DNA from: Bacteroidales bacterium
GTDB lineage: Bacteria > Bacteroidota > Bacteroidia > Bacteroidales > Bacteroidaceae
NCBI GenBank assembly: GCA_018064685.1
Contig: JAGHUS010000163.1
Coordinates: 2,666 to 66,665 of the forward strand
DNA: 64,000 bases
Direction: 5' to 3'
Shown piece by piece: positions 1 to 9,576 of the stretch (position 1 is the stretch's first letter; each line of letters opens with the position of its first letter). Position numbers and translations under genes: made by a program. The notes beneath the pieces were generated by a model, which saw only the letters and a list, made by a program, of their open reading frames with translations, did not search any database and was not told the origin of the DNA.

Positions 1-437
1 CCACAGACAACAAACTGGAGGGGTTCTATGCTGGCGCGGATGACTACATGACTAAACCGTTTGACTTCCGCGAATTGTTGGCAAGAATCGGGGTGCTGTT
101 AAGAAGGAGCGGCCCCTCGCCAGCCATCGCCATCAAGGAGGAAGTCGAGTATGCAGACCTTAAGCTCGATCTCACCAAACATGAATGTACGCGCGGTGAC
201 GTTCCTATTCACCTTACGCCAAAGGAATTTGCGCTGTTGCAGTACCTCATGGAGAATGCAGGCAAGGTGGTCAGCCGCGTGGACATTCAGGAGAAAGTAT
301 GGCATACGCATTTCGATACAGGCACAAACTTTATCGATGTGTATATCAACTATCTGCGCAAGAAGGTGGATCACGACTTCTCCGTAAAACTGATAAAGAC
401 GAAACCGGGTATAGGTTTCATTCTGACCAATGAATAA
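1..437 (+). CDS. OmpR/PhoB-family response regulator, 5'-truncated by window edge (end of receiver + winged-helix DNA-binding domain)
   Basis: Frame open from nt 3 (..GADDYMTKPFDFRELLARI = end of receiver), then LTPKEFALLQYLMENAGKVVSR..FIDVYINYLRKK..TKPGIGF winged-helix motifs; TAA 435-437; 8-nt overlap with kinase gene. Confidence 0.9.
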   Translation, partial: TDNKLEGFYAGADDYMTKPFDFRELLARIGVLLRRSGPSPAIAIKEEVEYADLKLDLTKHECTRGDVPIHLTPKEFALLQYLMENAGKVVSRVDIQEKVWHTHFDTGTNFIDVYINYLRKKVDHDFSVKLIKTKPGIGFILTNE

Positions 438-1686
438 TAAACGTATTCTACTCACCCTGAAATACACGGCGGTGATGTCTGCCGTGATGGTTGTGGCACT
501 CATTATCATCTACATAATGAGCGATGGCGCACGACATTCCACATTCCGCGACACGCTCCGTTCGGAAGCCATCACCAAGGCAAACCTCTTTCTCGAAAAC
601 CGCGTTGATGCCGAGACGATGCAGCACATCTACCTCAACAACACGCAGTTCATCAACGAGGTGGAGGTGGCCGTTTATACCCCTGACTTCAAGATGCTCT
701 ACCACGATGCTGCTGAGCATGATATTGTAAAGGAAACGCCCGAGATGATTCGGGAAATATGCGAGAAGGGAGAGATGGAAATTCTAGTTGCAAAAGACTA
801 TCAAGCTGTTGGCATTCTTTACTCCCCCTCAGGGGAGACAGAGGGGGGCTTCATCATCACCGCCGCCGCTCATGATGGCAATGGTGAGGCAAACATGGCA
901 TCACTTCGTTGGACGATCGTCATCGTAATCGTCATCGTAATCGTCTTCATGCTTGCTGTGGGTTATTACCTCGCCAACATCACCATTCGACCGATAGAAC
1001 ATGCGCTAAGTTCGCAAAAAATGTTTGTCAGCAATGTCTCGCATGAGCTTCGTACACCTCTTGCCGCTATCACGGCAGAGCTGGATCTTGCTCTTTCCCG
1101 CAAACGCACGCCCGAACAATATCAGCAATCACTAACTCGAAGTCTTGACGATGCCCACCGCATGACGCACCTCATCAATGGCCTCCTCAACCTTGCCAAA
1201 GCCGATTACGGGGCACACGGCATTGCGATGGAACCTCTCCGCATCGACGAACTTCTGCTCGACGCACGTGAACAGTTGCTGCACGCCCATCCCGACTACA
1301 CCATCAACATCTCCTTCGACGAAAAGGCTATAGAAGCAGATGCCGATTTCAGCATCAATGGCAACGAATACCTGATGAACATTGCACTGAAGAATCTGAT
1401 GGAGAACAACTGTAAGTATTCTGCCAACCACACTTCCAACGTCCTGATCGCCATCCAGACGGACAGCATCTGCATCACCCTATCCGATACGGGCGAAGGC
1501 ATGACAGACGAAGAGCAACGCAACATCTTCCAACTCTTTTACCGAGGAAACACCACAGCACAGAAAGGTCACGGCATCGGCATGGCTCTGGCTCACAAAA
1601 TCATCATCCTACACAAGGGAAAAATCGAAGTCAAGTCAAAGTCTGGTCATGGAACGACTTTCTGTGTGAAGATACCAAATGAATAA
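430..1686 (+). CDS. Two-component sensor histidine kinase (HisKA + HATPase_c)
   Basis: ATG 430; two TM segments; H-box SHELRTPL, N-box NLMENNCKYS, G1 DTGEGM, G2 GHGIGMALA. Confidence 0.9.
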   Translation: MNNKRILLTLKYTAVMSAVMVVALIIIYIMSDGARHSTFRDTLRSEAITKANLFLENRVDAETMQHIYLNNTQFINEVEVAVYTPDFKMLYHDAAEHDIVKETPEMIREICEKGEMEILVAKDYQAVGILYSPSGETEGGFIITAAAHDGNGEANMASLRWTIVIVIVIVIVFMLAVGYYLANITIRPIEHALSSQKMFVSNVSHELRTPLAAITAELDLALSRKRTPEQYQQSLTRSLDDAHRMTHLINGLLNLAKADYGAHGIAMEPLRIDELLLDAREQLLHAHPDYTINISFDEKAIEADADFSINGNEYLMNIALKNLMENNCKYSANHTSNVLIAIQTDSICITLSDTGEGMTDEEQRNIFQLFYRGNTTAQKGHGIGMALAHKIIILHKGKIEVKSKSGHGTTFCVKIPNE

Positions 1687-1757
1687 TAGTAATAGCCAGA
1701 ATCCTAAATATTGGCTATAAGTACCTAAATTCAGGTATGCTATATAAATAATGTATG

Positions 1758-1765
1758 TACCTTTG
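1758..1765 (+). promoter_or_regulatory. Candidate Bacteroidetes -7 box (TACCTTTG); a second box TAATTTTG lies at 1861-1868, both upstream of the CDF gene
   Basis: Exact TAnnTTTG matches in the 277-bp spacer before ATG 1964. Confidence 0.35.
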
Positions 1766-1963
1766 TGGCATAAACAAAAAGGAAAATGTAAAATATCACT
1801 AAAATCTGAATATAAATTTATAGATATTTGTCTTTCTGATTGCAAATCAACTTTTTTTTGTAATTTTGCTACGCTAATTGCAAAAATTATATCGGTTCTT
1901 ATAGGTATAATGAAAAAGATTTGTTAACAGAGCGATTACTTACTTATCAAAAATAGAGTAAAA

Positions 1964-3064
1964 ATGAAGCAGACAAGGAACAATCAAATAACCAGAGTCA
2001 GCATAGTCGGAATAGGCGCGAATGCGGTGCTTGCCGCATTCAAGGTCATAGTCGGACTGCTCTCCAACTCGGTAGCTGTATTGCTCGACGCCATCAACAA
2101 TGTCACGGATGCATTGTCGTCGGTAATAACAATAATAGGAGTTAAGCTGGCTGGCAGAAAACCAGACAGCAAGCACCCGTTTGGCTATGGCCGTGTAGAA
2201 TATTTCAGTGCCATTCTGGTGGCAGGAATCGTCTTTGCAGCCGGAGTCTCGTCCATGATCGAATCGGTAAAGGCTATCATCCATCCCGAAACAACTACTT
2301 TCACATGGGTGTCGGTAACAGTTATCACCGTGGCAATATTCGGCAAACTGCTATTGGGCAGATACTTCCAGATACGTGGCAAGTCACTCAACTCCGACGC
2401 ACTGGTGGCCAGCGGTCTGGAGGCATCGTACGATGCAATACTATCGGCAGCCACACTGTTGGGTGCAGCGGTGTCGATGCTTTGGGACATCAACATCGAT
2501 GGCTACATCGGAGCAGTGATTTCGGCCTTCATCATCAAGACGGGCATTGAAACACTCGCCGATCCGTTGGGCAAGGTTGTAGGCAAGAAGGTGCAAGGAG
2601 AACTTGCCACTGCCATCAAAAACAAGGTGAAGGAAGTGCCAGGTGTGCTTGGTGCATACGATCTAATCCTGCACGACTATGGTCCTGACACAGCCATCGG
2701 TTCCATACACATCGAGGTGTCGGACACACTGCCTTCGCACCAAGTGCATAAGATATGCCACCGCGTAGCCGCGCTTATCTACACAGAATTCAAGGCAGTA
2801 GTGACTGTAGGCATCTACGTCATGAACGACACGAATGCCGAAGTTGCGACCATGCGTGAAGACATCCGACAGATGGCCATGTCACAGAATGGGGTACAGC
2901 AGATGCACGGTTTCTTTGTGGATGAGGAGGAGATTGCCTTCGACATTGTCATCTCGTTCGACCACGATGCTCATGCCATCAGCCAATGGCTCAAGCAGCA
3001 GATTACAGAGAAATATCCGGGTAGGGATATACACATCACCATCGACACCAATTATGCGGGATAA
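1964..3064 (+). CDS. Cation diffusion facilitator (CDF) family metal efflux transporter
   Basis: ATG 1964; TM-rich N-half with LLSNSVAVLLDAINNVTD and HPFGYGRVEY motifs, C-terminal cytoplasmic domain; sits next to a two-component system. Confidence 0.85.
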   Translation: MKQTRNNQITRVSIVGIGANAVLAAFKVIVGLLSNSVAVLLDAINNVTDALSSVITIIGVKLAGRKPDSKHPFGYGRVEYFSAILVAGIVFAAGVSSMIESVKAIIHPETTTFTWVSVTVITVAIFGKLLLGRYFQIRGKSLNSDALVASGLEASYDAILSAATLLGAAVSMLWDINIDGYIGAVISAFIIKTGIETLADPLGKVVGKKVQGELATAIKNKVKEVPGVLGAYDLILHDYGPDTAIGSIHIEVSDTLPSHQVHKICHRVAALIYTEFKAVVTVGIYVMNDTNAEVATMREDIRQMAMSQNGVQQMHGFFVDEEEIAFDIVISFDHDAHAISQWLKQQITEKYPGRDIHITIDTNYAG

Positions 3065-3122
3065 TAAATGAGGGGGGCAATGCCATCCACATAACATGCC
3101 GCCTTCCCACTACTATTTATCT

Positions 3123-3695
3123 TTATCCTCGACAAAATTTAAAACAACCTTCCAGGTGTCCGTTTATAATCCCGATGGCTTGCAGATAGGAGTAGATAAC
3201 CGTACTACCAACAAACTTCATACCCCGCTTCTTCATATCCTTCGAGATGGTGTCGGAGAGCGGAGAGGTAGTCTTGATGTCGCATGGTTCGTAGATGACC
3301 TTGCCATCGGTAAAGCCCCAGATATACTTATCGAACGAGCCGAACTCCTCTTGAATTTTTATGAATATCCGTGCATTAACTACGCTCGCACTTAACTATA
3401 ATCTGTTACGTATAATATTCGGATTGACAAGCAGTTCTGCTAGTTTGTTATCATCATACTTCACCACCTCTTGCACATCAAAATTGTCAAATGCCTCACG
3501 AAAGGCTTCACGTTTGTTCAGCACACACTCCCATGACAGTCCTGCCTGGAATCCTTCCAGTATCAGCATCTCAAACAGCATCCTCTCGTCATGACAAGGC
3601 ACGCCCCACTCATCGTCGTGATAGGCAATGTAAAGCGGATTTTTAGGATTTTCCCAAAAGCATCTTTTAATGTCTTTGTCGGTCATTGGTTCCAT
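3123..3695 (-). pseudogene. tag: DNA-3-methyladenine glycosylase I (Tag) interrupted by an in-frame TAG at 3396-3398
   Basis: ORF 3396-3695 gives LYIAYHDDEWGVP..LILEGFQAGLSW..IIRNRL then TAG. The same frame continues LSASVVNARIFIKIQEEFGSFDKYIWGF..KKRGMKFVGSTVIYSYLQAIGIINGHLEGC.. to TAA 3123-3125, colinear with full-length Tag. Confidence 0.8.
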
Positions 3696-3706
3696 GAATC
3701 AGAACT

Positions 3707-4432
3707 CTAAATAAGTTTCTCAATCTTCTTTATCTCTACGTCAGGAAACAAACCTTGCAGATGGTCGATGATGCGTTTTCGCGACTGCTTGGGTGTGCGT
3801 CCCTCTACCCTATCGCGTATCGGGAACAGATCGGGATACATGGCTTCGGGCGTGCAATAACGAGCCACACCCCATCCGTACGTCTCGCCCTTTTTCGAGA
3901 CGAGGTATTCAAAGTCGGCTATGCATACATGTGTGCCCATCTGCAGCCCTGCAATGAGTGCATCAAAAGCCATGCCATTCCGTTTGTTCACGATAGGCGA
4001 TGCAGGATCTTCAGGATTAAACTTACTGCGCTTGCGGCTCAACGTAAAGCCACTTGCCACCTTCAACTGTTTACTCAGCATCGATTCATTCCCCACCAAC
4101 ACCTCATGTATATGTCTCGCATCTGCCGTCTCCTTCTTCAACGGCAGTTGCGACCGCCTCCAGTTCATGAAGTCGGGCAACCATTCCAGGCTCACATAGC
4201 CAGCCTTCTTCTGGAAGAACTTGCCGTAGGCCGACTCCCAGTTAGCAATGATCGGTCCCTTCCATTGCCAGGGACCATTCTCGAAGTCATCGCCAAACAG
4301 CAGCTCTGGCGGAGTCATCTCCTCGATGCTGAATCCCTCAATACCGTTCTTGAAGAAAGGCAGAAAACCAATCTCCTTTATCAAAGCCTCCAACTGCTGC
4401 TGACTCTCTATGATGATACTGAATCTGTCCAT
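3707..4432 (-). CDS. Conserved hypothetical protein, possibly AlkZ/YcaQ-related (DNA-repair associated); function not established
   Basis: Track start 4444 is TTG and the first ATG is 4432 (MDRFSIII..). 11-nt gap to tag suggests an operon. The family assignment comes from memory of similar ~240-aa AlkZ-related proteins and no catalytic motif was verified. Confidence 0.35.
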   Translation of the reverse strand: MDRFSIIIESQQQLEALIKEIGFLPFFKNGIEGFSIEEMTPPELLFGDDFENGPWQWKGPIIANWESAYGKFFQKKAGYVSLEWLPDFMNWRRSQLPLKKETADARHIHEVLVGNESMLSKQLKVASGFTLSRKRSKFNPEDPASPIVNKRNGMAFDALIAGLQMGTHVCIADFEYLVSKKGETYGWGVARYCTPEAMYPDLFPIRDRVEGRTPKQSRKRIIDHLQGLFPDVEIKKIEKLI

Positions 4433-4645
4433 TGCATTTATCAATTAGCACTCTTAGAGTACGAAGTTACTACTTTTTTCGATATTACATTCACTCAATG
4501 CCATAAAAATACAATTTACACCTTATTAAATATAAATTCCACGAATATAGATGCCAAAAGCACAACTTCGTCGGTCGAAATACAGAAAACGTATTCCAAA
4601 ACATAGATTTATTGCAAAATGTTTGAAATGTTAAACATTTACTAT

Positions 4646-4653
4646 TACCTTTG
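4646..4653 (+). promoter_or_regulatory. -7 box TACCTTTG for alpha/beta hydrolase gene
   Basis: Exact TAnnTTTG, 41 nt before ATG 4694. Confidence 0.5.
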
Positions 4654-4693
4654 TGTCAGGTTTAACAAACTCAAATTACAGTCGTTTAATAAG

Positions 4694-5521
4694 ATGAAAT
4701 ACGCAAAAGGTATTGTATCGTGGCTGATTTTGCCATTGCTGCTTATGGCATCATCGTGCAAGACACAGTATGTGGTGAATGGGCCACAAGGGAAGATTGC
4801 TACAAAGATAAGACTTCCAGAAGGCTTTGACACACAGCACGATAGTGTGGAGATGGTGGTGCTGATGCATGGCATCTTCTCGAGCAAGGCTTATCCACCC
4901 ATCCCACGCATTGCCAAAGAATTGCGCAAAAAGGGCATCGCCACCATCACGATGGATTTTGGCGGACATGGCAAGAGTGATGGCAAGAAGAAGCGAATGA
5001 CCATAGCCAAGGAGATACAGGAGGCGAAGAACGTATACGAATATGTTCGCAACTTGCCCTATGTGACGAAGGTATCACTCTTGGGACACTCTCAGGGTGG
5101 CGTGATAGCCTCCATGCTAGCCGGCGAATTGTCATTGGAAGGGCGTACACCCGAGAAGCTCATTCTCCTTGCTCCTGGAGCCGTCATCAAGGAGGCATGC
5201 AGGGGAGGTCATTTCTTCGGCAAACGCTTCGACCCGAAAAATCCTCCCGAATACATCAAATGCTTCGGCATCTTCAAGCTCGGACGTGAATACCTCACCA
5301 CCACCCAGCAACTCGACATCTATGGCACATCTGCCCACTACCAAGGTCCCGTTTGCCTCATTCATGGCACTAAAGACCGAATTGTACCCTTATGGTGCAG
5401 TAAGAAGTATGACAGCATCTACCAGCAATCGCAGCTGCATATTATAGAGGGTGAAACGCATACAATGAATAGGAAGCTGAACGAAACGACGGACATAATA
5501 GCAAGATTCATAAACGAATAA
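4694..5521 (+). CDS. Alpha/beta hydrolase lipoprotein (serine esterase/lipase-like)
   Basis: Start moved to ATG 4694, giving lipoprotein signal MKYAKGIVSWLILPLLLMASSC. TACCTTTG -7 box at 4646-4653 lies downstream of the track ATG 4619. Nucleophile elbow GHSQGG. Confidence 0.8.
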   Translation: MKYAKGIVSWLILPLLLMASSCKTQYVVNGPQGKIATKIRLPEGFDTQHDSVEMVVLMHGIFSSKAYPPIPRIAKELRKKGIATITMDFGGHGKSDGKKKRMTIAKEIQEAKNVYEYVRNLPYVTKVSLLGHSQGGVIASMLAGELSLEGRTPEKLILLAPGAVIKEACRGGHFFGKRFDPKNPPEYIKCFGIFKLGREYLTTTQQLDIYGTSAHYQGPVCLIHGTKDRIVPLWCSKKYDSIYQQSQLHIIEGETHTMNRKLNETTDIIARFINE

Positions 5522-5523
5522 AT

Positions 5524-6168
5524 ATGAAGAATACAATGATAAAGAGATTATTATTGAGCGTAATGGCAACACTGGTTGTGTTGTCGTGCGCAAGTCAGAA
5601 CAACCAGACAGAGAACATCGGGGACAAACTGAGCACGATGGACGAAGTGATAATGTCGCGTCGCAGCATACGCAAGTGGCAGGATAAGACGATAAGCCGT
5701 GACACGCTCGACATCATTCTGAAGCATGGCATCAACGCACCCAACGGCAAGGGTATACAAGCGTATGAGGTACGTGTGATTGACAAGCCAGAACTGCTGA
5801 AAGAGTTGTCGGCTGCTGTGGCAAAGGACAAACCGGAAGTGGCCAGACGTAGGGGATTCAAGAACATCTTTGTTGATGCGCCATGTGTTGTTTTCATCGC
5901 TGCCTACGACGACTACGACCTCTCACAAGTCGACTGCGGTTTGCTGGGCGAGAACATCATCCTCTCGGCATGGTCAATGGGCATCGCTTCGTGCTGTCTG
6001 GGCAGTTCGGCAAGAATGCTCAACACATCACCTTCTGCCGCTCCATACATGCAGAAACTCGACTTCTCGGAAGGCTACAAACTGCTATACTGCATCGCAC
6101 TTGGATATCCCGACGAAGAGCCGGAGGCAAAGCCACGAAAAGAAGAAAAAATACGTTACGTTGAATAA
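5524..6168 (+). CDS. Nitroreductase family protein with signal peptide
   Basis: ATG 5524; MSRRSIRKWQDKTISRDTLDIILKHGINAPNG nitroreductase N-terminal signature; 2-nt gap from upstream gene. Confidence 0.75.
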   Translation: MKNTMIKRLLLSVMATLVVLSCASQNNQTENIGDKLSTMDEVIMSRRSIRKWQDKTISRDTLDIILKHGINAPNGKGIQAYEVRVIDKPELLKELSAAVAKDKPEVARRRGFKNIFVDAPCVVFIAAYDDYDLSQVDCGLLGENIILSAWSMGIASCCLGSSARMLNTSPSAAPYMQKLDFSEGYKLLYCIALGYPDEEPEAKPRKEEKIRYVE

Positions 6169-6183
6169 TTTTTGTTACTTAAT

Positions 6184-7110
6184 ATGAAAGATAAAGACCC
6201 AATGGAATGGGAGGTGCTAGAAAGCGAGTACCTATTCAAAAAGCCTTGGCTCACAGCAAGACGCGAACACGTGAAGCTGCCTACAGGTGCTGAGATCAAG
6301 GACTTCTACGTCCTGGAGTACCCTGAATTCTGCAACGTCATAGCCATAACGAAGGATGGCAAATTCCTGATGGAACGTCAGTACCGTCATGCACAGCATT
6401 ATACCGGCTATGAAATACCTGCCGGATGTGTCGAGGAAGGCGAAGACCCCATGGAGGCTGCCAAGCGTGAGCTGTACGAGGAAACCGGATTTGGTGGAGG
6501 CGAGTGGAGCAAGCTAATGACCATAAGTCCCAATGCAGGAGCATGCACCAATTACAGCCACACCTTCCTGGCCATAGGTGTAGAGAAACTGTCCACCCAG
6601 CATCTTGAAGAGTCGGAAGACATCAAGGTTGTACTGATGGAGCAGGACGAGGTGATAAGAATGCTGAAGAACGACGAGTTTCACCAAGCAATGATGGCAG
6701 CACCTCTATGGAAATATTTTGCGACAAGGATGAACATTGCGAACAGTAATGACGCAGAACAACAAAATAGTATTATGATGAATTTTGACTATCTGGAAAA
6801 CATACCAAACATAGCAGCAACGGTATGCGACAACGAGGGTATTGTGCTTTATCAGAACAAGCGTGCCATTGACCGCGATGGCGATGTATTGGGCAAGAAC
6901 TTATACAACTGCCACGACCCTAAGGCTGGAGCCATGATTCGCCAAATGATAGAGAAGGGCTTGAGCAATACCTATCAGATTATCCGTCACGGACGCCATA
7001 AATTGCTACACCAGACACCTTGGTTTGATGCTGATGGCAACATCGGTGGCCTCATAGAACTTGCCATCGACCTACCCGACGAGATGCCAGTGTTCAACCG
7101 AGACGAATAG
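6184..7110 (+). CDS. NUDIX hydrolase fused to a C-terminal PAS-like (PAS_10/DUF438-associated type) domain
   Basis: Track start 6172 is TTG and the first ATG is 6184. Nudix box GCVEEGEDPMEAAKRELYEETGF. C-terminal ~110 aa carry LYNCHDPKAGAMIRQMIEKG, resembling the CHPPKS motif of PAS_10 domains. Confidence 0.7.
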   Translation: MKDKDPMEWEVLESEYLFKKPWLTARREHVKLPTGAEIKDFYVLEYPEFCNVIAITKDGKFLMERQYRHAQHYTGYEIPAGCVEEGEDPMEAAKRELYEETGFGGGEWSKLMTISPNAGACTNYSHTFLAIGVEKLSTQHLEESEDIKVVLMEQDEVIRMLKNDEFHQAMMAAPLWKYFATRMNIANSNDAEQQNSIMMNFDYLENIPNIAATVCDNEGIVLYQNKRAIDRDGDVLGKNLYNCHDPKAGAMIRQMIEKGLSNTYQIIRHGRHKLLHQTPWFDADGNIGGLIELAIDLPDEMPVFNRDE

Positions 7111-7166
7111 CACATTCATCCACAAGATGTTAAACACAGACATATTACATCTGAGAAAGGTAATCA

Positions 7167-8378
7167 ATGAGCAGAACAACAATAAAACCTCACCAAGGCA
7201 TTCCGACATCGCTTATGTGGATGCTTGCCGTCATGGCAGGCGTATCGGTGGCAAACCTCTATTATTGCCAACCGCTGCTGAACATGATACGCGAGGACTT
7301 ACATCTGACAGAGTTTGAAGTAAACCTGATGCCCGTCTTCACTCAGGTTGGCTATGCTCTCGGATTGCTCTTCATCATACCTATGGGCGACAAGTACAAC
7401 CGCCGAAAGACGATGATGACATGTGCCATGGTGCTAACCTGTTCGCTTCTGTCTATAAGCATCGCTAGCCACGTATGGGTGTTACTTACAGCATCGTTCG
7501 TAACGGGGTTCTTCTCCGTCATACCGCAGATGTTCATGCCTTTCGCCTCACTCTATTCCCGACCAAACGAGAAGGAACGCAGAGTAGGAATGATACTTTC
7601 AGGCCTGCTCATCGGCATACTAGGTTCGAGAGTGGCCAGTGGTTACATCGGTCACGTCATGGGGTGGAGGTCAATGTACATCATTGCAGCCATCATGCTC
7701 ATGGCAATGACTTGCATGGTGTATGCCTGTTTCCCAGACGTTGCACCAACCTACAAGGGAAAATTCCGTCGGTTGCTCTTTAGCATTCGCACACTGGCCA
7801 TAGAGCATCCACGTTCTCTGCTCTACTCCATCCGTTCTGGCTTCGCCTTCGGTTCGTTTCTGGGCCTTTGGGGATGCTTGGCCTTTCGCATGAAGGAGGC
7901 ACCGTTCTTTGTTGGCAGTGATGTCGTAGGCCTTCTCGGCATTTGTGGTATGGCCGGAGCAATGACTGCCTCCAACGTGGGAAAATACATACCACGTTAT
8001 GGAGTAAACCGCATTCACTCCTTAGGAATAACGTTGCAACTCTTGGCATGGATAATGCTTGGAGTGTTACACCAATCATACACGGGCATCATACTGAGTA
8101 TCATCATCATAGACATAGGCATGCAATGCATACAGTTGAGCAACCAGAGTGCCACGATGAAGCTCTGTCCCGAAGCCTCTTCACGCATGAATACCATATA
8201 CATGGTCACTTACTTCATCGGAGGTTCGCTCGGCACTTTCCTGGCTGGCACCTTCTGGAGCCTCTACGGATGGACGGGAACCGTATCTGCTGGCATCCTT
8301 ATGCTAGTATGTTCTATCATCTCAACAATTGTCATAGAAAGATTAATAAAGAACAAGTGTGATGTCGAGCACAAATAA
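7167..8378 (+). CDS. MFS transporter
   Basis: ATG 7167; about 12 predicted TM helices; PMGDKYNRRK loop 2-3 motif (MFS signature-like). Confidence 0.8.
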   Translation: MSRTTIKPHQGIPTSLMWMLAVMAGVSVANLYYCQPLLNMIREDLHLTEFEVNLMPVFTQVGYALGLLFIIPMGDKYNRRKTMMTCAMVLTCSLLSISIASHVWVLLTASFVTGFFSVIPQMFMPFASLYSRPNEKERRVGMILSGLLIGILGSRVASGYIGHVMGWRSMYIIAAIMLMAMTCMVYACFPDVAPTYKGKFRRLLFSIRTLAIEHPRSLLYSIRSGFAFGSFLGLWGCLAFRMKEAPFFVGSDVVGLLGICGMAGAMTASNVGKYIPRYGVNRIHSLGITLQLLAWIMLGVLHQSYTGIILSIIIIDIGMQCIQLSNQSATMKLCPEASSRMNTIYMVTYFIGGSLGTFLAGTFWSLYGWTGTVSAGILMLVCSIISTIVIERLIKNKCDVEHK

Positions 8379-8388
8379 ATAGCCGAAA

Positions 8389-8910
8389 ATGGGAATAAGC
8401 CGGAATGATATAAAAGGAAACTATAGCGAGGAGCTTATCACTAACATCTGCCTCAGTGTGGCAAAGACAGGAGATTTCCTCGGGTTTGTCAGAGAATACA
8501 TGCATGACAATGATGCAATCGTTGTCCGCAATGCGCTAAGCGCACTGTCGAAAGCCACCGACAAACAACTGTCGCAGCTCAATCCAATCAAAGACGAACT
8601 CATTGATATGGCTATCCGTTGCAATAACTCGTCCATTCGTAGGGCTTTGTTCGGAATCATCCAGCGACTACAAATGAACAAAGACGAGGTGCGAACAGAT
8701 TTTCTTGACCACTGCCTTGCAAGGATGACGGATATAAACGAAGTGCCGAGCGTACAAGATCTTTGCATGAAGCTTGCATACAAGATGTGCAAATTCTATC
8801 CTGAACTCATGGATGAACTGACACGAACACTAGAAGCAATGCAGATAGCGTATTATACACCAGCAGTCAAGAACGTAAGAAACAAGATTTTAAGCAGAAA
8901 ATTAAGATGA
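8389..8910 (+). CDS. Hypothetical all-helical protein (HEAT/ARM-like?)
   Basis: ATG 8389; coding-like composition; stop overlaps next gene start (ATGA at 8907-8910); no motif recognised. Confidence 0.55.
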   Translation: MGISRNDIKGNYSEELITNICLSVAKTGDFLGFVREYMHDNDAIVVRNALSALSKATDKQLSQLNPIKDELIDMAIRCNNSSIRRALFGIIQRLQMNKDEVRTDFLDHCLARMTDINEVPSVQDLCMKLAYKMCKFYPELMDELTRTLEAMQIAYYTPAVKNVRNKILSRKLR

Positions 8911-9443
8911 CAAAACAGGAACTTAGAAAGCAGATAAAGGCCAAGATCAAACTAATGACAGAGGCAGAGCGGGAAGCTGCCTCCATACGTATCTGCCAGC
9001 AGATTATAGCTACCAGCGAGTGGCAGAAAGCAGAAACAGTGTGGCTCTATGCAGCTCTGCCCGACGAAGTCGACCTGACGACTCTGATGCGTGATGCCGA
9101 ACAAAAAGGCAAACAGATACTACTACCGGTCATTGATGGCAACGACCTGCAGATCAGATATTACGACCCACAATACATGGCATCCAACGGCAAGTACAAC
9201 ATCATGGAGCCCACCACTCATTGCCCAATGCTCAGCAACCTCGGCGAGATAGATCTGGCCATCATCCCAGGCAGAGCCTTCACTCACGAAGGCCTCCGCA
9301 TGGGACGCGGCAAAGGATACTATGACCGCATCCTCGCCACTCTCAGCTGCACAAAATGGGGTGTTGCATTTGCATGTCAGATGATGGAACAGCTCCCAAC
9401 CGATCCCTGGGATGTCCCTCTCGATCGCATCGTCGCTGAGTGA
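8907..9443 (+). CDS. 5-formyltetrahydrofolate cyclo-ligase
   Basis: ATG 8907; EVDL..LLPV...PGRAFTHEGLRMGRGKGYYDR signature of MTHFS family. Confidence 0.85.
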   Translation: MTKQELRKQIKAKIKLMTEAEREAASIRICQQIIATSEWQKAETVWLYAALPDEVDLTTLMRDAEQKGKQILLPVIDGNDLQIRYYDPQYMASNGKYNIMEPTTHCPMLSNLGEIDLAIIPGRAFTHEGLRMGRGKGYYDRILATLSCTKWGVAFACQMMEQLPTDPWDVPLDRIVAE

Positions 9444-9576
9444 ACAAAGTGAAAAGTCCCGTAGGCGAAAGTCCAAGAAGGACTCTCACAATAACTGGAT
9501 TGGCCAGAGATTCCTCACATTCGTTCGGAATGACACCCTGAGTCAAATCGTATATAGATGCCTAAAAAAACTCACG

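Noticed and set aside
916-945. 2.5 copies of a 12-bp tandem repeat (ATCGTCATCGTA) inside the histidine kinase gene
   Set aside because: It is real but trivial. It encodes the IVIVIVIVIV stretch of a transmembrane helix, and any slippage would stay in frame. It is not a regulatory feature.
3096-3395. 99-aa plus-strand ORF (MPPSHYYLSLSS..)
   Set aside because: It is the antisense shadow of the C-terminal half of tag. The minus strand here translates into perfectly Tag-like sequence (..EEFGSFDKYIWGF..KKRGMKFVGST..).
9506-9536. AGATTCCTCACATTCGTTCGGAATGACA, reminiscent of palindromic REP-like elements (translating to ..IPNECEES..) that I believe are widespread in Bacteroidota
   Set aside because: There is only one copy in the window, only a 5-bp stem (ATTCC/GGAAT) is visible, and I cannot verify the family from memory. 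It is not supportable as a feature.
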